NCBI GenBank assembly: GCA_023334545.1
Contig: JAADVB010000173.1
Location: forward strand, 1 to 40,689
Source of the DNA: Salisapilia sapeloensis CBS 127946
Taxonomy: Eukaryota > Protista > Oomycota
Direction of reading: 5' to 3'
DNA: 40,689 nucleotides
The translations under genes and the position numbers were made by a program. Below are positions 20,686 through 30,935 of this stretch, piece by piece. Positions within the stretch are counted from its first letter, which is position 1; each line of letters starts with the position of its first letter. Under the pieces are notes generated by a model that was not told where the DNA came from, searched no databases, and saw nothing but the letters and a program-made list of their open reading frames with translations.

Positions 20686-21654
20686 CTAGACGCTTTCACT
20701 AGCAGTGTCGGACATGCTGTCTGAATGCTCTTGTTGCTTTTCATGTGCAATGTCGTCGGATGTGGTAGGCGAATCGGAGTGGAGAGAGATTTGGGAATGG
20801 CCGCGACGAGTCTTCTTTTTGAGAAAGCTGTCTTGGATCCAGAACTGGATGGCGTTCATCAGACACGGACATACGATCATGACGATCGCGAGTTCAAGCT
20901 TTGGGTACGGTATCAATGGCTCGAATAGCCATGCAGCAGCGGCTTCCAACGGAGAGTCGAAGAGGACGATGAATGATGCGATGATGAGTTTGGCGATGAA
21001 GATGATCACTAGCCAAGATACAAGCTGTAGTAACCATGCACTAGGACATGAGATAAGTCACGTTACACTATAAAACTGTGTACTTTTTGAGAAGTACCTG
21101 ACTTGTACGGGCTGACCGTAGTCGCCAGGCTTGGTCACTGAATGCCACTGCATGTTCAGTGCAATGTACGAGAAGAGCGAGAGGAGTGCCCAATTGAGCA
21201 CCACACCGATTGTTGTATCCAGTGTAAAGTTTACAAAGTACAGAGCACACTACAATGTAGACACAGTTAGAAGAGCTTTGAACATAGCGTCTTGTAGACT
21301 GTACCTGATCCGCTCCACCTGTGACTGCCCCGAGCTGGTCAGGATGACCTCTCTGATAGAGCACAATGGCAATGAATAAGTTGACAACATGTGCAAAGCC
21401 TGCACCGATGAGCTGCTTAGCTGCATCAAACGACCATATCTAGAGCATCCAAGATATCACTATGAACAGCAAATGCATGTGAACCGGCGTTTGAATATAC
21501 GTACGACAAGTGGCCGACGAGGTTCTTCCAGATATCGCTTGAGTACGAGGACAGAGATGGCAATGAGACCCAAGGCTAGTTGCACGAGAGCTGCAAAGCC
21601 TCCACTGAGCAACTTGCAGTCTCCTTCCGCAGCCACTTCGGCACTCCACCACAT
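20686..21654 (-). CDS. STIMATE: STIMATE/TMEM110 (yeast YPL162C-like) multi-pass membrane protein, 263 aa, 4 exons
   Basis: Exons 21505-21654, 21305-21439, 21098-21249 and 20686-21040; introns 65, 55 and 57 nt. Family motifs CKLL.G.F...VQ..LG.IA...L..KR..E.PRRP..IW.FD..KQ.IGA.FAH, C..YF.N..LDTTIG, GDYG.P, W..Q, LEL..VM.V.P..MN.IQFWI.DSFLK. Confidence 0.9.
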
Positions 21655-21768
21655 GAGTTCGCTTTCGTGTTGTATTACGTTGTCAAAAGAAAAGAATATC
21701 AGGCACGTCAAATTCTTTCATCCTCTATTTCGCTATGAACTATTTTCCAGTACTTGAGCATTTTGTGT

Positions 21769-24325
21769 CTACCGAACGACCTCTTCCATCGACACACTTC
21801 GTTCACAATTCGCCACCTCCGTAGTACACTTACTACTGGACGAAGATGACGAGACAGATTTGGAAGACGAGGGCGAAGTGTCTTCTTCCAGTCGAGTCAT
21901 CGGATCAAAGTACGATTGAAGGATCTCAAAGTTCGAGGCGATTGTGCCACCCAAAAAACCACCCACGGAGCCAGATGCACCCAGATTCTGTCGGCTTGAA
22001 TCGCTCTTCGGCACTGGCGTTACACTTACAAGCACCCCGTCATCTTCCTCGCCATCCTGTTCATGCACAAACATGCCTTTCGAGTCGTCTGTAAAGACCT
22101 GATTTTCCAATGCCGAACGCAGCTTTGCGCTCTCTTCCCTCAACGTCTCGAGCTCAGACTCTAGGTTCGAGTTGTACTCCACTTGAGACGCCAGCTTCTG
22201 TGTTGCTGACTGGAGCTGGTCTTGCAATTGCCTCTGATTCACCTGCACTTCTTTTGCCCATGCATCCTATCGTCACATAGGTAAATATATTATTACTCCG
22301 TGGACATGCCTATAATACGAACTTGAGATACCCGAGAATCGTTGGATTCGAGAGATCGAAGGTAAAAGGTCGTCCAGATCGCGAGAAAGCTCGTGTGCCA
22401 CTTGTACTGAAGAACGCGAGGAGATCGATCGGACCCATTGTCGTCGTCCACTGGCAGTATGAAGAACGGATTGTAGAACTCTGCTGCCTGTGGATGAGCA
22501 CGTAGTAGTGTCCAAGCTGTTAGACACCTCGAATGCACTTTGGCATGCACCCGAGCCTGTTCACAATCGTAGAGGAACGTCGCGCTCTGTTTCGCGTACA
22601 CTTCATCCAACAAAGCAATGAGGAAGCGTTCATTGAACTCAAACGAACAAGGAAATTGACGCATGAGCTGCCACACGGCGTCTATAAACTGCATAAAGAC
22701 AGGAGATGATCGTTCATCTTCCCAATATGCACCGTTCTCATCCGTCAGTCCTGACCGTGATCGGAATTGATATCCGAACGCAAGCCACTCCTGCTCCACT
22801 AGTACTTGGAACCCTTTTAACGTTCGATAGTAAGGATCTAAACAGAGTTTCGTCAACGCAACGATCTGTGCTGTTCGGTCCCACCCGTCAGAGCAATGGA
22901 TAACAAGACTAGACTGTTCCTCCGCTACTTTCGACACACAATTGGAGCTCGCGACAAGGACGCTCCGAACGTGTTCCAGCCATCGCGTGCTTTCGAGACA
23001 TGACCACCATTTGGCACGTTCTTGCCCTCGGACTTCGTACTTGACAAGATCAAAGAGCTTACGTAAGGAGTCACGCATTGAATGGATGTTTTCAATGCCC
23101 ATGAACATCATACTAGTGTTTTTATAATAGTCAAGAGATTCAAATCCGCCACCAAGTGCAACGTTGCCATAGGCACTCGTCTGGCTACGACAATCGACGA
23201 ACACGAGTTTCCCCGTAGCAGAACGAAGCGCTTTAATCAGTGCTTCATCTTGCGTACATCGACGACGACGGATACCGACGAGCGGTTGGGCACATCGAGC
23301 GATGATGGCATTGTTGATGTGGCGATATGTAACGGCTGGGACGCGTCCTCTCGCCCGAAACTGTGCGATTTTACGCAACTCGCCATCGTTGACGGCCGTC
23401 GGGACGACGATGGAGCTTGGGTAGGTAGAGCAGAGTCTGTAGTGTTCATTGGCAGAAGAAAGGCGGAAGCCACCGAGAGATGTGGAGCTGTTACGGAGGT
23501 TGAGTCGAGCAAATTCTGCTTGGGCGTCAAAGAGCGACCAACCGTCCACGTCTGGTAACTGCTGCGACTGTGGGAAGACGAAAGCAGTTTCAGGCTGAGA
23601 CGTGTGGAGGATCTGATTGACTTGGACGTACACTTCACTATGGAGACTTTTAGCACGAAATAGGTGCTTCATGACGGTGAGGACGTACCTTGATGCAGAT
23701 TCGGACGGGAAGTTAAATCTGATAATTTCAAAGTTTTTGCACGAGACTTCCAGTTGTGATTGGATCGAGAGAGAGCCATCTCCAGACGTAGATATGGAAG
23801 GAGTGATTTCGGCCATTTCGGCGATGGCATGTAAATTAATGCTCACGAGTTCCTGTACTTGTTCATTCTCTTCTCCTTTCTACAGCTTCTTCAGCGATAT
23901 GACTCACTAACCATTACGACAGTTTTACGTACATGAAAGGAGAGGAAGAGTAGACGTTGGGATGTGAGGAAGAGCGTGCCGTGGTGAGAAGCACGAGGGG
24001 CGGCCGAGACACCAACTAATCCTGTCGTCGACTTATCGCACAATGCGTATGCCTTGAAGTGGACACTCTCCCCTGCGTAGAGGGAAGTCGTGGGGTCTTC
24101 CATGACCAAGTACATATTGTCCGAAATGTACGTCGTCTATTCCCATGCCACATTTGTTCTTTATCAGTCCAGACGTTCGGAACACGTATCTACCGAATGA
24201 CGAATATAGAAAGATCAAGCACGTACAGCCATATCGAGTTCTTGATGATCGACGGACGTCCAGGAGTCATCATCATACTTTCTCGACCAAGATCGCGTAC
24301 GGCTTTTCGCCATCGGCGTCGCCAT
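21769..24325 (-). CDS. Myotubularin-family PI3P/PI(3,5)P2 3-phosphatase (PH-GRAM, catalytic domain, coiled coil), about 785 aa, 4 exons
   Basis: Exons 24227-24325 (less certain), 23933-24136, 22323-23879 and 21769-22266; introns 90, 53 and 56 nt, all phase 0. Intact catalytic signature VIHCSDGWDRTAQ (about 22865-22905), plus Y.LC.TYP, FR.RGRVP, ENIH.MR.S, LDPYYRTLKGF.VLVE.EWL.FG and FPCSFEFNE.FL. A coiled coil lies in the last exon. Confidence 0.92.
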
Positions 24326-24503
24326 CGTCTGCGTCTGTACAAGTTTTTCGTTGTTTCGTGTTTTGCATGCAAATGGTTTGGATGGTTGCAAAGCCTGGCC
24401 GAATTAACTTAAACTTTGTATAGAATACAGAATGTCAGATCTGAGAATATACACAACTTCAACTTAAATACAAAAAGGAAATCGAAGGGATCTTAAAGAG
24501 TCT

Positions 24504-25484
24504 TTAGGCGCCAAACACAGCTTGGAGGGCTGGACGAACACGCACTTCCATGTTGTCGTCTTGCTCGCTTTGAGGAAGAGGAGGGATGACGTTGAAACTG
24601 CGCAGGATCTCTTCCTTGGCTTGTGAGAATGCGTTGAAGACAGTGTCATCGATGCACACGACACCGATTTTACCGGTCCATTGCGTCGCTCGGACACTAT
24701 TTTGCATCGTTCGGAGTCCGACATGTGCCGATGCAATTGCAGGCACGCCGAGACTACCAGTAGAAATGGATGTCATGGCTATGCACTCTAATTCTTCATC
24801 CATAGCTCTATTTACGATATTCGCATACGTATCACGTAGCAACTCGTAGCACTCTGGTCTCCAGATCGAAGGACCGATGCAATGTAGCAGACGTCGGACA
24901 CCAGCATTGAATCCAGGTGTGACGACGACATCACTCCTTTGCCGAGGTCGTCGATACTCTGGCTGTTTCAGGTACTCGACTAGCTCATAGCCAGCACGTC
25001 CGAAGACAGCTCCAGCGGAGCCGATTCGAGGGTTCATCAAATGAGATGCGGTCGGGAAGGCAATTCCGTCAATCGGCTGATCGTCAATGACTTGTATCTT
25101 TGCCAGGTTGCCTTTAATCACTTGAAAGGTCGCATTAAAGCAGGACCTTTCATCACCGGACCGGAGGAACTGATGCAATTCGTTGCAAATTCCAGCTTGA
25201 TCATAGCTCATCCAAGGCCGTGGCTGTTCAATATATGTCATGTGCTGTAAGTACTCTGGCAATGGTCCTCCAAAATGCTGTACGAGCTGGTCTTTCCAGA
25301 ACACGTGATCGAGTAGGATGGGATTGCGAGTGACGTGAAGAAAGACGAGTAGGCTGTCAATCGAGTCAAAGTCTAGGTACGACAGCACATTTCGGTTGAT
25401 CTCTTGGACTTGCAACAGGTCTAACAACGATCCCATCGTCTCGAACGTACTCGTACGCAGTCGTTTCGCTTGTGGCTCTGCCAT
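24504..25484 (-). CDS. F-box-like N-terminus fused to a divergent macrodomain (MacroD/Appr-1''-p-like fold), 326 aa
   Basis: Basic AKRLR, then LLDLLQVQEINRNVLSYLDFDSI...LLDHVFWKDQLVQHF (F-box-like, weak). Then FQVIKGNL...DGIAFPT...GAVFGRAG...VVVTPGFNAGVRRLLHCIGP...LLRDTYANIV..A....LECIAMTSISTGSLGVP...SAHVGL, which follows the macrodomain motif order. Confidence 0.8.
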   Translation of the reverse strand: MAEPQAKRLRTSTFETMGSLLDLLQVQEINRNVLSYLDFDSIDSLLVFLHVTRNPILLDHVFWKDQLVQHFGGPLPEYLQHMTYIEQPRPWMSYDQAGICNELHQFLRSGDERSCFNATFQVIKGNLAKIQVIDDQPIDGIAFPTASHLMNPRIGSAGAVFGRAGYELVEYLKQPEYRRPRQRSDVVVTPGFNAGVRRLLHCIGPSIWRPECYELLRDTYANIVNRAMDEELECIAMTSISTGSLGVPAIASAHVGLRTMQNSVRATQWTGKIGVVCIDDTVFNAFSQAKEEILRSFNVIPPLPQSEQDDNMEVRVRPALQAVFGA

Positions 25485-25678
25485 GCTTGACGAGAAATGC
25501 TCGAGCGACCGGAGGTGGGTACGACTGCAAGTTCGGCACGACGACTATGACCAAAAGAGGGTACAAAGTGTCGAAGAGGAAGGGGTAAATGTATCTCGAT
25601 ATGGCGAAATCGTGGATAGACTTGCGATTTGTATACTTGCGGCGCAACTTGATTGTCATCGAACAACCTATCGCGTCA

Positions 25679-26394
25679 ATGGTCTCGATTCGCGCTGCCC
25701 GAGTACGTGATAAACGACATTTACATGTGTATACGTGTGTACTAGTGACTGCATGTACTCATAAGAAGATGAGTAGGTGGATGACATCCTTTCGATGCAA
25801 CACACCAACTTGTGGTGTCTGCCGGAGAACTACCAGATCAAGTATTATTACTACCATATCACGACCTGGCCGCAGCTCCTCCAAGTAGCGGAAGATCACA
25901 ATGGTAAAATCGTCGGCTACGTCCTTGCCAAAATGTAACATCCATCTACTATTTCTTACCCGTACTGTATTCACAAGTTGCTGTAGGGAGGAGGAAGCAA
26001 CGGTTCCGCATGGACACATCACGTCCTTGGCTGTCCTTCGCACCCACCGCAAGTGTGGCATTGCGACGAAGCTCATGAAAGCAGCTCGTATGTATACATG
26101 TTATTTTTGTCTATTTACAAAGTCTCATTCCTTATAGAACGCGCCATGGTCGAGAGTTTCAACGCCGAATACGTCTCTCTTCACGTTCGTGAATCGAACG
26201 TCGCGGCCTTCCACTTGTACCACAAGACACTTGCGTACCAGATCTACGACATTGAGAAAGGATACTACGCTGATGGCGAAGATGCTTATGACATGCGCAT
26301 GCCGTTCACGGACAAGTGTCGTCAAGCCTTTGCTTCCAACGTCCAAAAGTATGAAAAGATTTTGGCGGACAAACAAGCGAGTAAAGCCAAGTAG
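25679..26394 (+). CDS. NAA10: N-alpha-acetyltransferase 10 (NatA catalytic subunit, ARD1), 179 aa, 4 exons
   Basis: join(25679-25702, 25777-25934, 25987-26087, 26138-26394); introns 74, 52 and 50 nt. [59 protein letters not shown]...[23 protein letters not shown]...[13 protein letters not shown]...[12 protein letters not shown]. Confidence 0.97.
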
Positions 26395-26580
26395 ACGACG
26401 TACAGACTTGAATACAAAGCTCCATGTGGAAGCAATAGTTAATACTGGTTCTTGTTTCTTCCGAAGGAACTTGCTTCGCATGATAAAACGTCCAGACGTC
26501 CTAGAACCTCGGCGGAACGAGAGCTATTTACACAAATTCACACACATACAAGCTACTTGGCACAACGGATGGACAAGTGG

Positions 26581-28149
26581 CTACTTGGACAAGAGACTCG
26601 CTCGATCGACGTCATCAATGAGCGTCTGCCGGACGGGAAAGTCGAGCATCGGCATGCTGTCCTGTCGACTGCGACCGGTTTCATCTACTAGAATGACGTC
26701 ATCCACTTCATCTTCTTCTGCCTCATCCTCCTCCATCAACACGTTGGCGCTGTCTCGAGTTAGAACGTCCATGAGCGATGGATTGAAGCGCATGCGAGGG
26801 GAATCACCGTCGAAAAAGTCGGATTCTTCGCTGTCCGTATCGAACTCGTCACTATTTGTAGACGGACGCTGGGTCGTTGGGCCGACGTCACTGTGCATCG
26901 AGTGACTCGCATCATCTCCGTCTGAACCACGACTGGTAGCTAATTGACAGGCGTTAGTTTCTTCAGCATGGTTCGAGGTGAAGAAAAAGTTACCATTGCC
27001 GTCTATACCTTCGTCGCTATGAGCTCGACTACTGTAGCGTGCAGAGAAGACAGAGGATTCGCTAGCTTGGAGGATACTCAAGTACTTTTGATCTGTCCGT
27101 CGACTTGCTCGTTGGGTAGGACGAGAGGATGCGTATGAATTACGCGTGCTTTCATCTTCTGTTGTCGCCGTGTCCTCTTCTATGGCTTGTGCATTTTCAC
27201 TATCGTTACTCGTTCGTTCCTCTGTCAAGTCCTTACAAGGTCCGGTCTCTTTCTCTGCTGGTACCTCACTCTCTATCGAAGCTTTCGAGTCGACATAGGA
27301 GTCGACAGACAGATTGACAACGGACGGAGGCGGCTCTTCATCTATACTGTAGGCCACAGTGGGCTCCTCGTCTGTCTGTTCATTCGGTTGATTCACTTTG
27401 GACCGACTGAGTCGACTATCTACTTTTGCCTGCCTAGCTTTATACTCCTTTTGAGATAAGGAGAGCATCCGCATCTGCAGTCGTAATTTCCCTGCTGATT
27501 TTTTACCAGCCTTGAGCTCCACCCACTTATCTACGCTTAAATCATCCAAATCTCGTAACGATATGGCACAGGCACCAATGGCCGGTGTCGTCATTAGCCT
27601 CGCGCTCTTCACGCGTATCGATAGAATTTCATTTGCAGGGTCTGATACCGGTATCTCGAACTTTTCATTCCACATCGGATTCCGCTTTCCTGGTGGCTGT
27701 GTCCCTGTCTTTCGAATATGGTATCGAGAGCCATTACGATGTGCGTCGTTGGGTAGATGCACTTCACCTGATGCTGCTTTCGTGTCCGGCACAGGTTCTA
27801 ATAACAGCATTTGCTTGAGGGAAGAACGACTGCCACGGGTCATGTCATGATCCGTTACGTAAATCTTACAGTACGTGCCGTGGGAACTGACATGCCTGAG
27901 GTTTTCTGCGGAATGGATGCGAAGTAGGAGCCGATACTTCATCGCGTCACTCGACCGACGTCGCGATGGCGAGTCCATACTCGCGCGTGGCGTGGATCGA
28001 AAGCTAAAGTAGTCTCGAAAGGACGAGGTGGTATCTACGGGGAGGTTCTGCACAGGGGAGGTTTCCGGAAGGGAAGACGCGCTCTCTGTGGCACTAGTAG
28101 ACGCTGTCGGCTTGCTACCCGCTTTCGAGACGCAGCACAAGAATGACAT
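26581..28149 (-). CDS. C2-domain protein with long acidic/Ser-rich disordered tail (C2 paralog 1)
   Basis: Beta-strand pattern YRLLLRIHSAENL...YCKIYV...NPMWNEKFEIPV....EILSIRVKS....IGACAISL......DKWVEL....SAGKLRLQM. Likely start is MSFLCC at 28149; the ORF track starts at 28188. Confidence 0.85.
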   Translation of the reverse strand: MSFLCCVSKAGSKPTASTSATESASSLPETSPVQNLPVDTTSSFRDYFSFRSTPRASMDSPSRRRSSDAMKYRLLLRIHSAENLRHVSSHGTYCKIYVTDHDMTRGSRSSLKQMLLLEPVPDTKAASGEVHLPNDAHRNGSRYHIRKTGTQPPGKRNPMWNEKFEIPVSDPANEILSIRVKSARLMTTPAIGACAISLRDLDDLSVDKWVELKAGKKSAGKLRLQMRMLSLSQKEYKARQAKVDSRLSRSKVNQPNEQTDEEPTVAYSIDEEPPPSVVNLSVDSYVDSKASIESEVPAEKETGPCKDLTEERTSNDSENAQAIEEDTATTEDESTRNSYASSRPTQRASRRTDQKYLSILQASESSVFSARYSSRAHSDEGIDGNGNFFFTSNHAEETNACQLATSRGSDGDDASHSMHSDVGPTTQRPSTNSDEFDTDSEESDFFDGDSPRMRFNPSLMDVLTRDSANVLMEEDEAEEDEVDDVILVDETGRSRQDSMPMLDFPVRQTLIDDVDRASLLSK

Positions 28150-28248
28150 GAAGGCCTTTCCGCTGCGTCTAATATTTCGGAACTGCATCTAGAAACGGCA
28201 GAATGCGGTTTTTATAATGGTACTGGGCGGGTAGCTGTTCGGAATTAG

Positions 28249-28253
28249 CCAAT
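28249..28253. promoter_or_regulatory. CCAAT box in the short divergent interval upstream of C2 paralog 1
   Basis: AGCCAATGGG about 100 nt upstream of the ATG at 28149. CCAAT is a known oomycete promoter element, but a 5-mer is weak evidence. Confidence 0.3.
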
Positions 28254-28295
28254 GGGCGGACCTCGTCGAAAGGGAGCGCTGGATACTCACGGCAG

Positions 28296-28661
28296 ATGGA
28301 GGATGCCAACAGCCAAGTCTTCGTTGACAACGACAGCGAAGTACCGACTATGGTAGTGTTGTCAGGTCTCGTTGCTCAATTGCCAGACGCTTTTAGTTCG
28401 ATTGAAACGGGCCACATCTTGCTATGGGACGCGACCGATAGCGACAAGTTAGACCGGATGAAGGGGCGCTCGGCCGTTCAGACGTATAGGAATACGGCGA
28501 GTGGAAACTTGCACAAAATTTCCACGCATCCGACTGAATTACCCACGATCGGACGCAAGCACGTCTTTCACCCAAGAAGCCAGCGATTCGATCAGAATGG
28601 AGAGTGCCTGCAGCTATCTAGGCCAAGCTACTGCACAGAGCCAGATTGGATTACGGCGTAA
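28296..28661 (+). CDS. Hypothetical 121-aa ORF (possible gene fragment)
   Basis: True ATG start, divergent from C2 paralog 1 across about 150 nt. No recognisable motif. Confidence 0.2.
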   Translation: MEDANSQVFVDNDSEVPTMVVLSGLVAQLPDAFSSIETGHILLWDATDSDKLDRMKGRSAVQTYRNTASGNLHKISTHPTELPTIGRKHVFHPRSQRFDQNGECLQLSRPSYCTEPDWITA

Positions 28662-29072
28662 TCGCTTTCACCGGTGCGAAAGTCCTGCCGATTTGGACGG
28701 CCCTTCTCAAATAAATACAGCACGCTGATACCATCACACAGCTCGTTTCGTCACCTCTGCTGACACTACAGCAAGGGCTCAGAGCGTGAGTTCCAGAGTT
28801 GTATCGCGGTGATAATGGCATGAAGCCACAGCACAGGTCGATTAAGATCCTCTCTCAGTGCATAGACGCTACTAGAGATACAGTATGAATCTGAGTCATT
28901 GAAAATACCACACTTATCTATTCCGAAACGAAACAACGATTGAGCAGGATTGTTTGGTAACCTCGCAGCTTGACATTACGTTTATGTCTCATTTGACTAT
29001 CCCAAGGCAATTTCAACTACTACCTACTTCCTCTATATCTCTGGTCAAGCTGCAAGTATAGCTTCCATCAGT

Positions 29073-30878
29073 CTAGGCATATTCAGCTGTAGCAGCAGCT
29101 ACTGTAATCGTTCCAGCTTCAGAAGAGTAGCCGATAGCTGAATCAGCTGTCATGACCATCGTCTTCGACACATCGAAGTAGCATTCGCTTCCTGGCGTCG
29201 AGTCGCCACTACGTGCCACTAGCCCACCTTTTGTCGTTGCGTAGTAGAATCCTGCCGTTTCTACAGTTGACACATCCTTCACATCGCCTCGAATCACCAC
29301 TTTCGCATCATTTCCAGACTCATAGTCGGCGAGCACACCCATGGGCTTTCCATAGTTTTCAACAAGTGCCATACCGTTGTAAGCGTTCTTGCCGCGCTTG
29401 CCGATGTATCCAACCATGACGCTGTCATCAGCAACGTTCAACGAGTCTAGCGTCACAGTGCCTGCAGGCGAGTCATCCGACTTGGCAATCGTGAGCGAGA
29501 ACGTCTCGCTTCCGATCGGTAGAACAGGAGTCAGAGTTTTGAAAGCCATCGTACTTGGCGAGTACTTAAGCAGACGGGTGCATGGCTTTCCGTTCATGGA
29601 TGGATTGAAGAAGGATACAGCGATTCGGTTACCACTGAGCATACGTAGGCTAGGCATCGTGTTGAATGGATACTGACCAAGTCCGAACTCAATCTCGCCA
29701 CGGACATCCGAATCGACGTACGAAGCTCGGAAACGTACACTATCGTCGGTGCTAGATAGCTCGATGACTGAAGTCGTGAGTGCATGATTCTTCATCTTGT
29801 CATGATACGACACAGCGACTGCTTCGGTGGACAATGGAAGGACGCCCAAGTACATGTCTGGACTGACATTTTCATTGCACGTTCCTTCTGCAAAGGTGCT
29901 AAACTCATTTTTGGTTTGCGAATAAGTCGAAGTGGTGATGCAAAGTCCAGAGCCTTTGCTAGTATAGTAAGCGACAGCGACCAGCTTATTGTTATCTGGA
30001 AGTACAAAAGGTCTCGAAAACGTAGTCTGTCCATTTTCTCCTCCGTTTTCCGGGCCAAAGGTCTCGCTGTCTCCGAGGCTAATGCTACCGGAAGCAACTT
30101 TACCGGCAACAATCCTTTGGCCGTACGGACTGGGATCATAATATTCATAGTACGCTACGGCAAACACATTGGTGTCGACTTTGGAGATGAAGTTTGCAAC
30201 GGATCCGACAGCTACTGTAACCTTTTCGCCTAGCTTCAACGTAACCGTCGCTCCATCGATGTCTACGGGAGCAACGTAGACAGTATAGGTAGAATCTACA
30301 ATGAGAATGACCGCAGTGTCATCCGAGAGGGTCACAACGCCACGAATGACTCCATCGGATACGATATTGGAGTCTGGGATGGATTCTTCTGGATCAACGG
30401 ACTTGTCGGCATTATTCAAAGCCATCGTCGTCACAACACACTCCGTTTTACTATTCTTCGTTCGGCAGTATGTAACTAAGCCGCGAGAGTACGAAGTTTG
30501 GGAAATACCAAGCGGAGCCATATTCATGTACGAGTACTCGTAGTCAGAGCTAAAGGTGGTAGCATCGAGGTATCCGGTAGTACCAGCGCCATTACGGAGT
30601 ACTGACATACTGTTGAAACTGACGGCATCTCCGGTGGTTGGAGACACCGATGGCATTTCCTCGAACTTGGAAAAGGTGAGCTCTGCTCTACCCGATGGCT
30701 TGTCGGTAAAGTGGATGATGTACAATGCGACGAGATTGATCATGATCAACGCGCAGACCACGATGGCGATCATGAAAGTGGAGCATGAACACCATGTTTT
30801 GGATTTCGGAGTATCTTCAGGTGCTGCAGCTCCGAGATTGATCTCAGCAGAGTCTACGGGTTTCGACGGTGGACCCAT
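29073..30878 (-). CDS. Type II single-pass membrane protein with predicted beta-propeller ectodomain and phage-like C-terminal beta domain, 601 aa, intronless
   Basis: One TM segment (FMIAIVVCALIMINLVALYIIHF, aa 35-57). Recurrent blade-like motifs LSDDTAVILIVD, VDTNVFAVAYY, DNNKLVAVAYY, LSTEAVAVSYHD, LSGNRIAVSFFN and VADDSVMVGYIG. The ORF is long and unbroken. Confidence 0.85.
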   Translation of the reverse strand: MGPPSKPVDSAEINLGAAAPEDTPKSKTWCSCSTFMIAIVVCALIMINLVALYIIHFTDKPSGRAELTFSKFEEMPSVSPTTGDAVSFNSMSVLRNGAGTTGYLDATTFSSDYEYSYMNMAPLGISQTSYSRGLVTYCRTKNSKTECVVTTMALNNADKSVDPEESIPDSNIVSDGVIRGVVTLSDDTAVILIVDSTYTVYVAPVDIDGATVTLKLGEKVTVAVGSVANFISKVDTNVFAVAYYEYYDPSPYGQRIVAGKVASGSISLGDSETFGPENGGENGQTTFSRPFVLPDNNKLVAVAYYTSKGSGLCITTSTYSQTKNEFSTFAEGTCNENVSPDMYLGVLPLSTEAVAVSYHDKMKNHALTTSVIELSSTDDSVRFRASYVDSDVRGEIEFGLGQYPFNTMPSLRMLSGNRIAVSFFNPSMNGKPCTRLLKYSPSTMAFKTLTPVLPIGSETFSLTIAKSDDSPAGTVTLDSLNVADDSVMVGYIGKRGKNAYNGMALVENYGKPMGVLADYESGNDAKVVIRGDVKDVSTVETAGFYYATTKGGLVARSGDSTPGSECYFDVSKTMVMTADSAIGYSSEAGTITVAAATAEYA

Positions 30879-30928
30879 GAGTTTGGTGACGCGCGATGTC
30901 CTGAGGTGAGTACAAGCGAGCGGAAACT

Positions 30929-30935
30929 GGAATGA
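30929..30935 (-). promoter_or_regulatory. Candidate Inr (TCATTCC) with adjacent AGTTTCC, upstream of the propeller gene
   Basis: Minus strand reads GGTTCATTCCAGTTTCC about 55 nt upstream of the ATG at 30878, matching the oomycete Inr YCAYTYY. Confidence 0.4.

Noticed and set aside
21655-21768. Possible splice fusion of myotubularin to STIMATE across the 114-nt gap
   Set aside because: I found no donor/acceptor pair giving an in-frame join, and each gene has its own complete start and stop.
24470-24545. GTGCGT donor-like site near the end of the F-box-macro ORF (possible 54-nt terminal intron)
   Set aside because: The unspliced ORF terminates normally and the alternative exon would add only about 10 uninformative residues. 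It cannot be decided without transcripts.
2563-25484. An 'ADP-ribose system' linking zf-PARP and the macrodomain gene
   Set aside because: They are 21 kb apart with unrelated genes between them, and there is no ADP-ribosyltransferase in the window. Eukaryotic proximity at this distance is not evidence of linkage.
26189-26905. 238-aa plus-strand ORF overlapping the NAA10 last exon and antisense to C2 paralog 1
   Set aside because: Explained by an alternative frame of NAA10 plus the antisense shadow of the acidic C2 tail; no motif.
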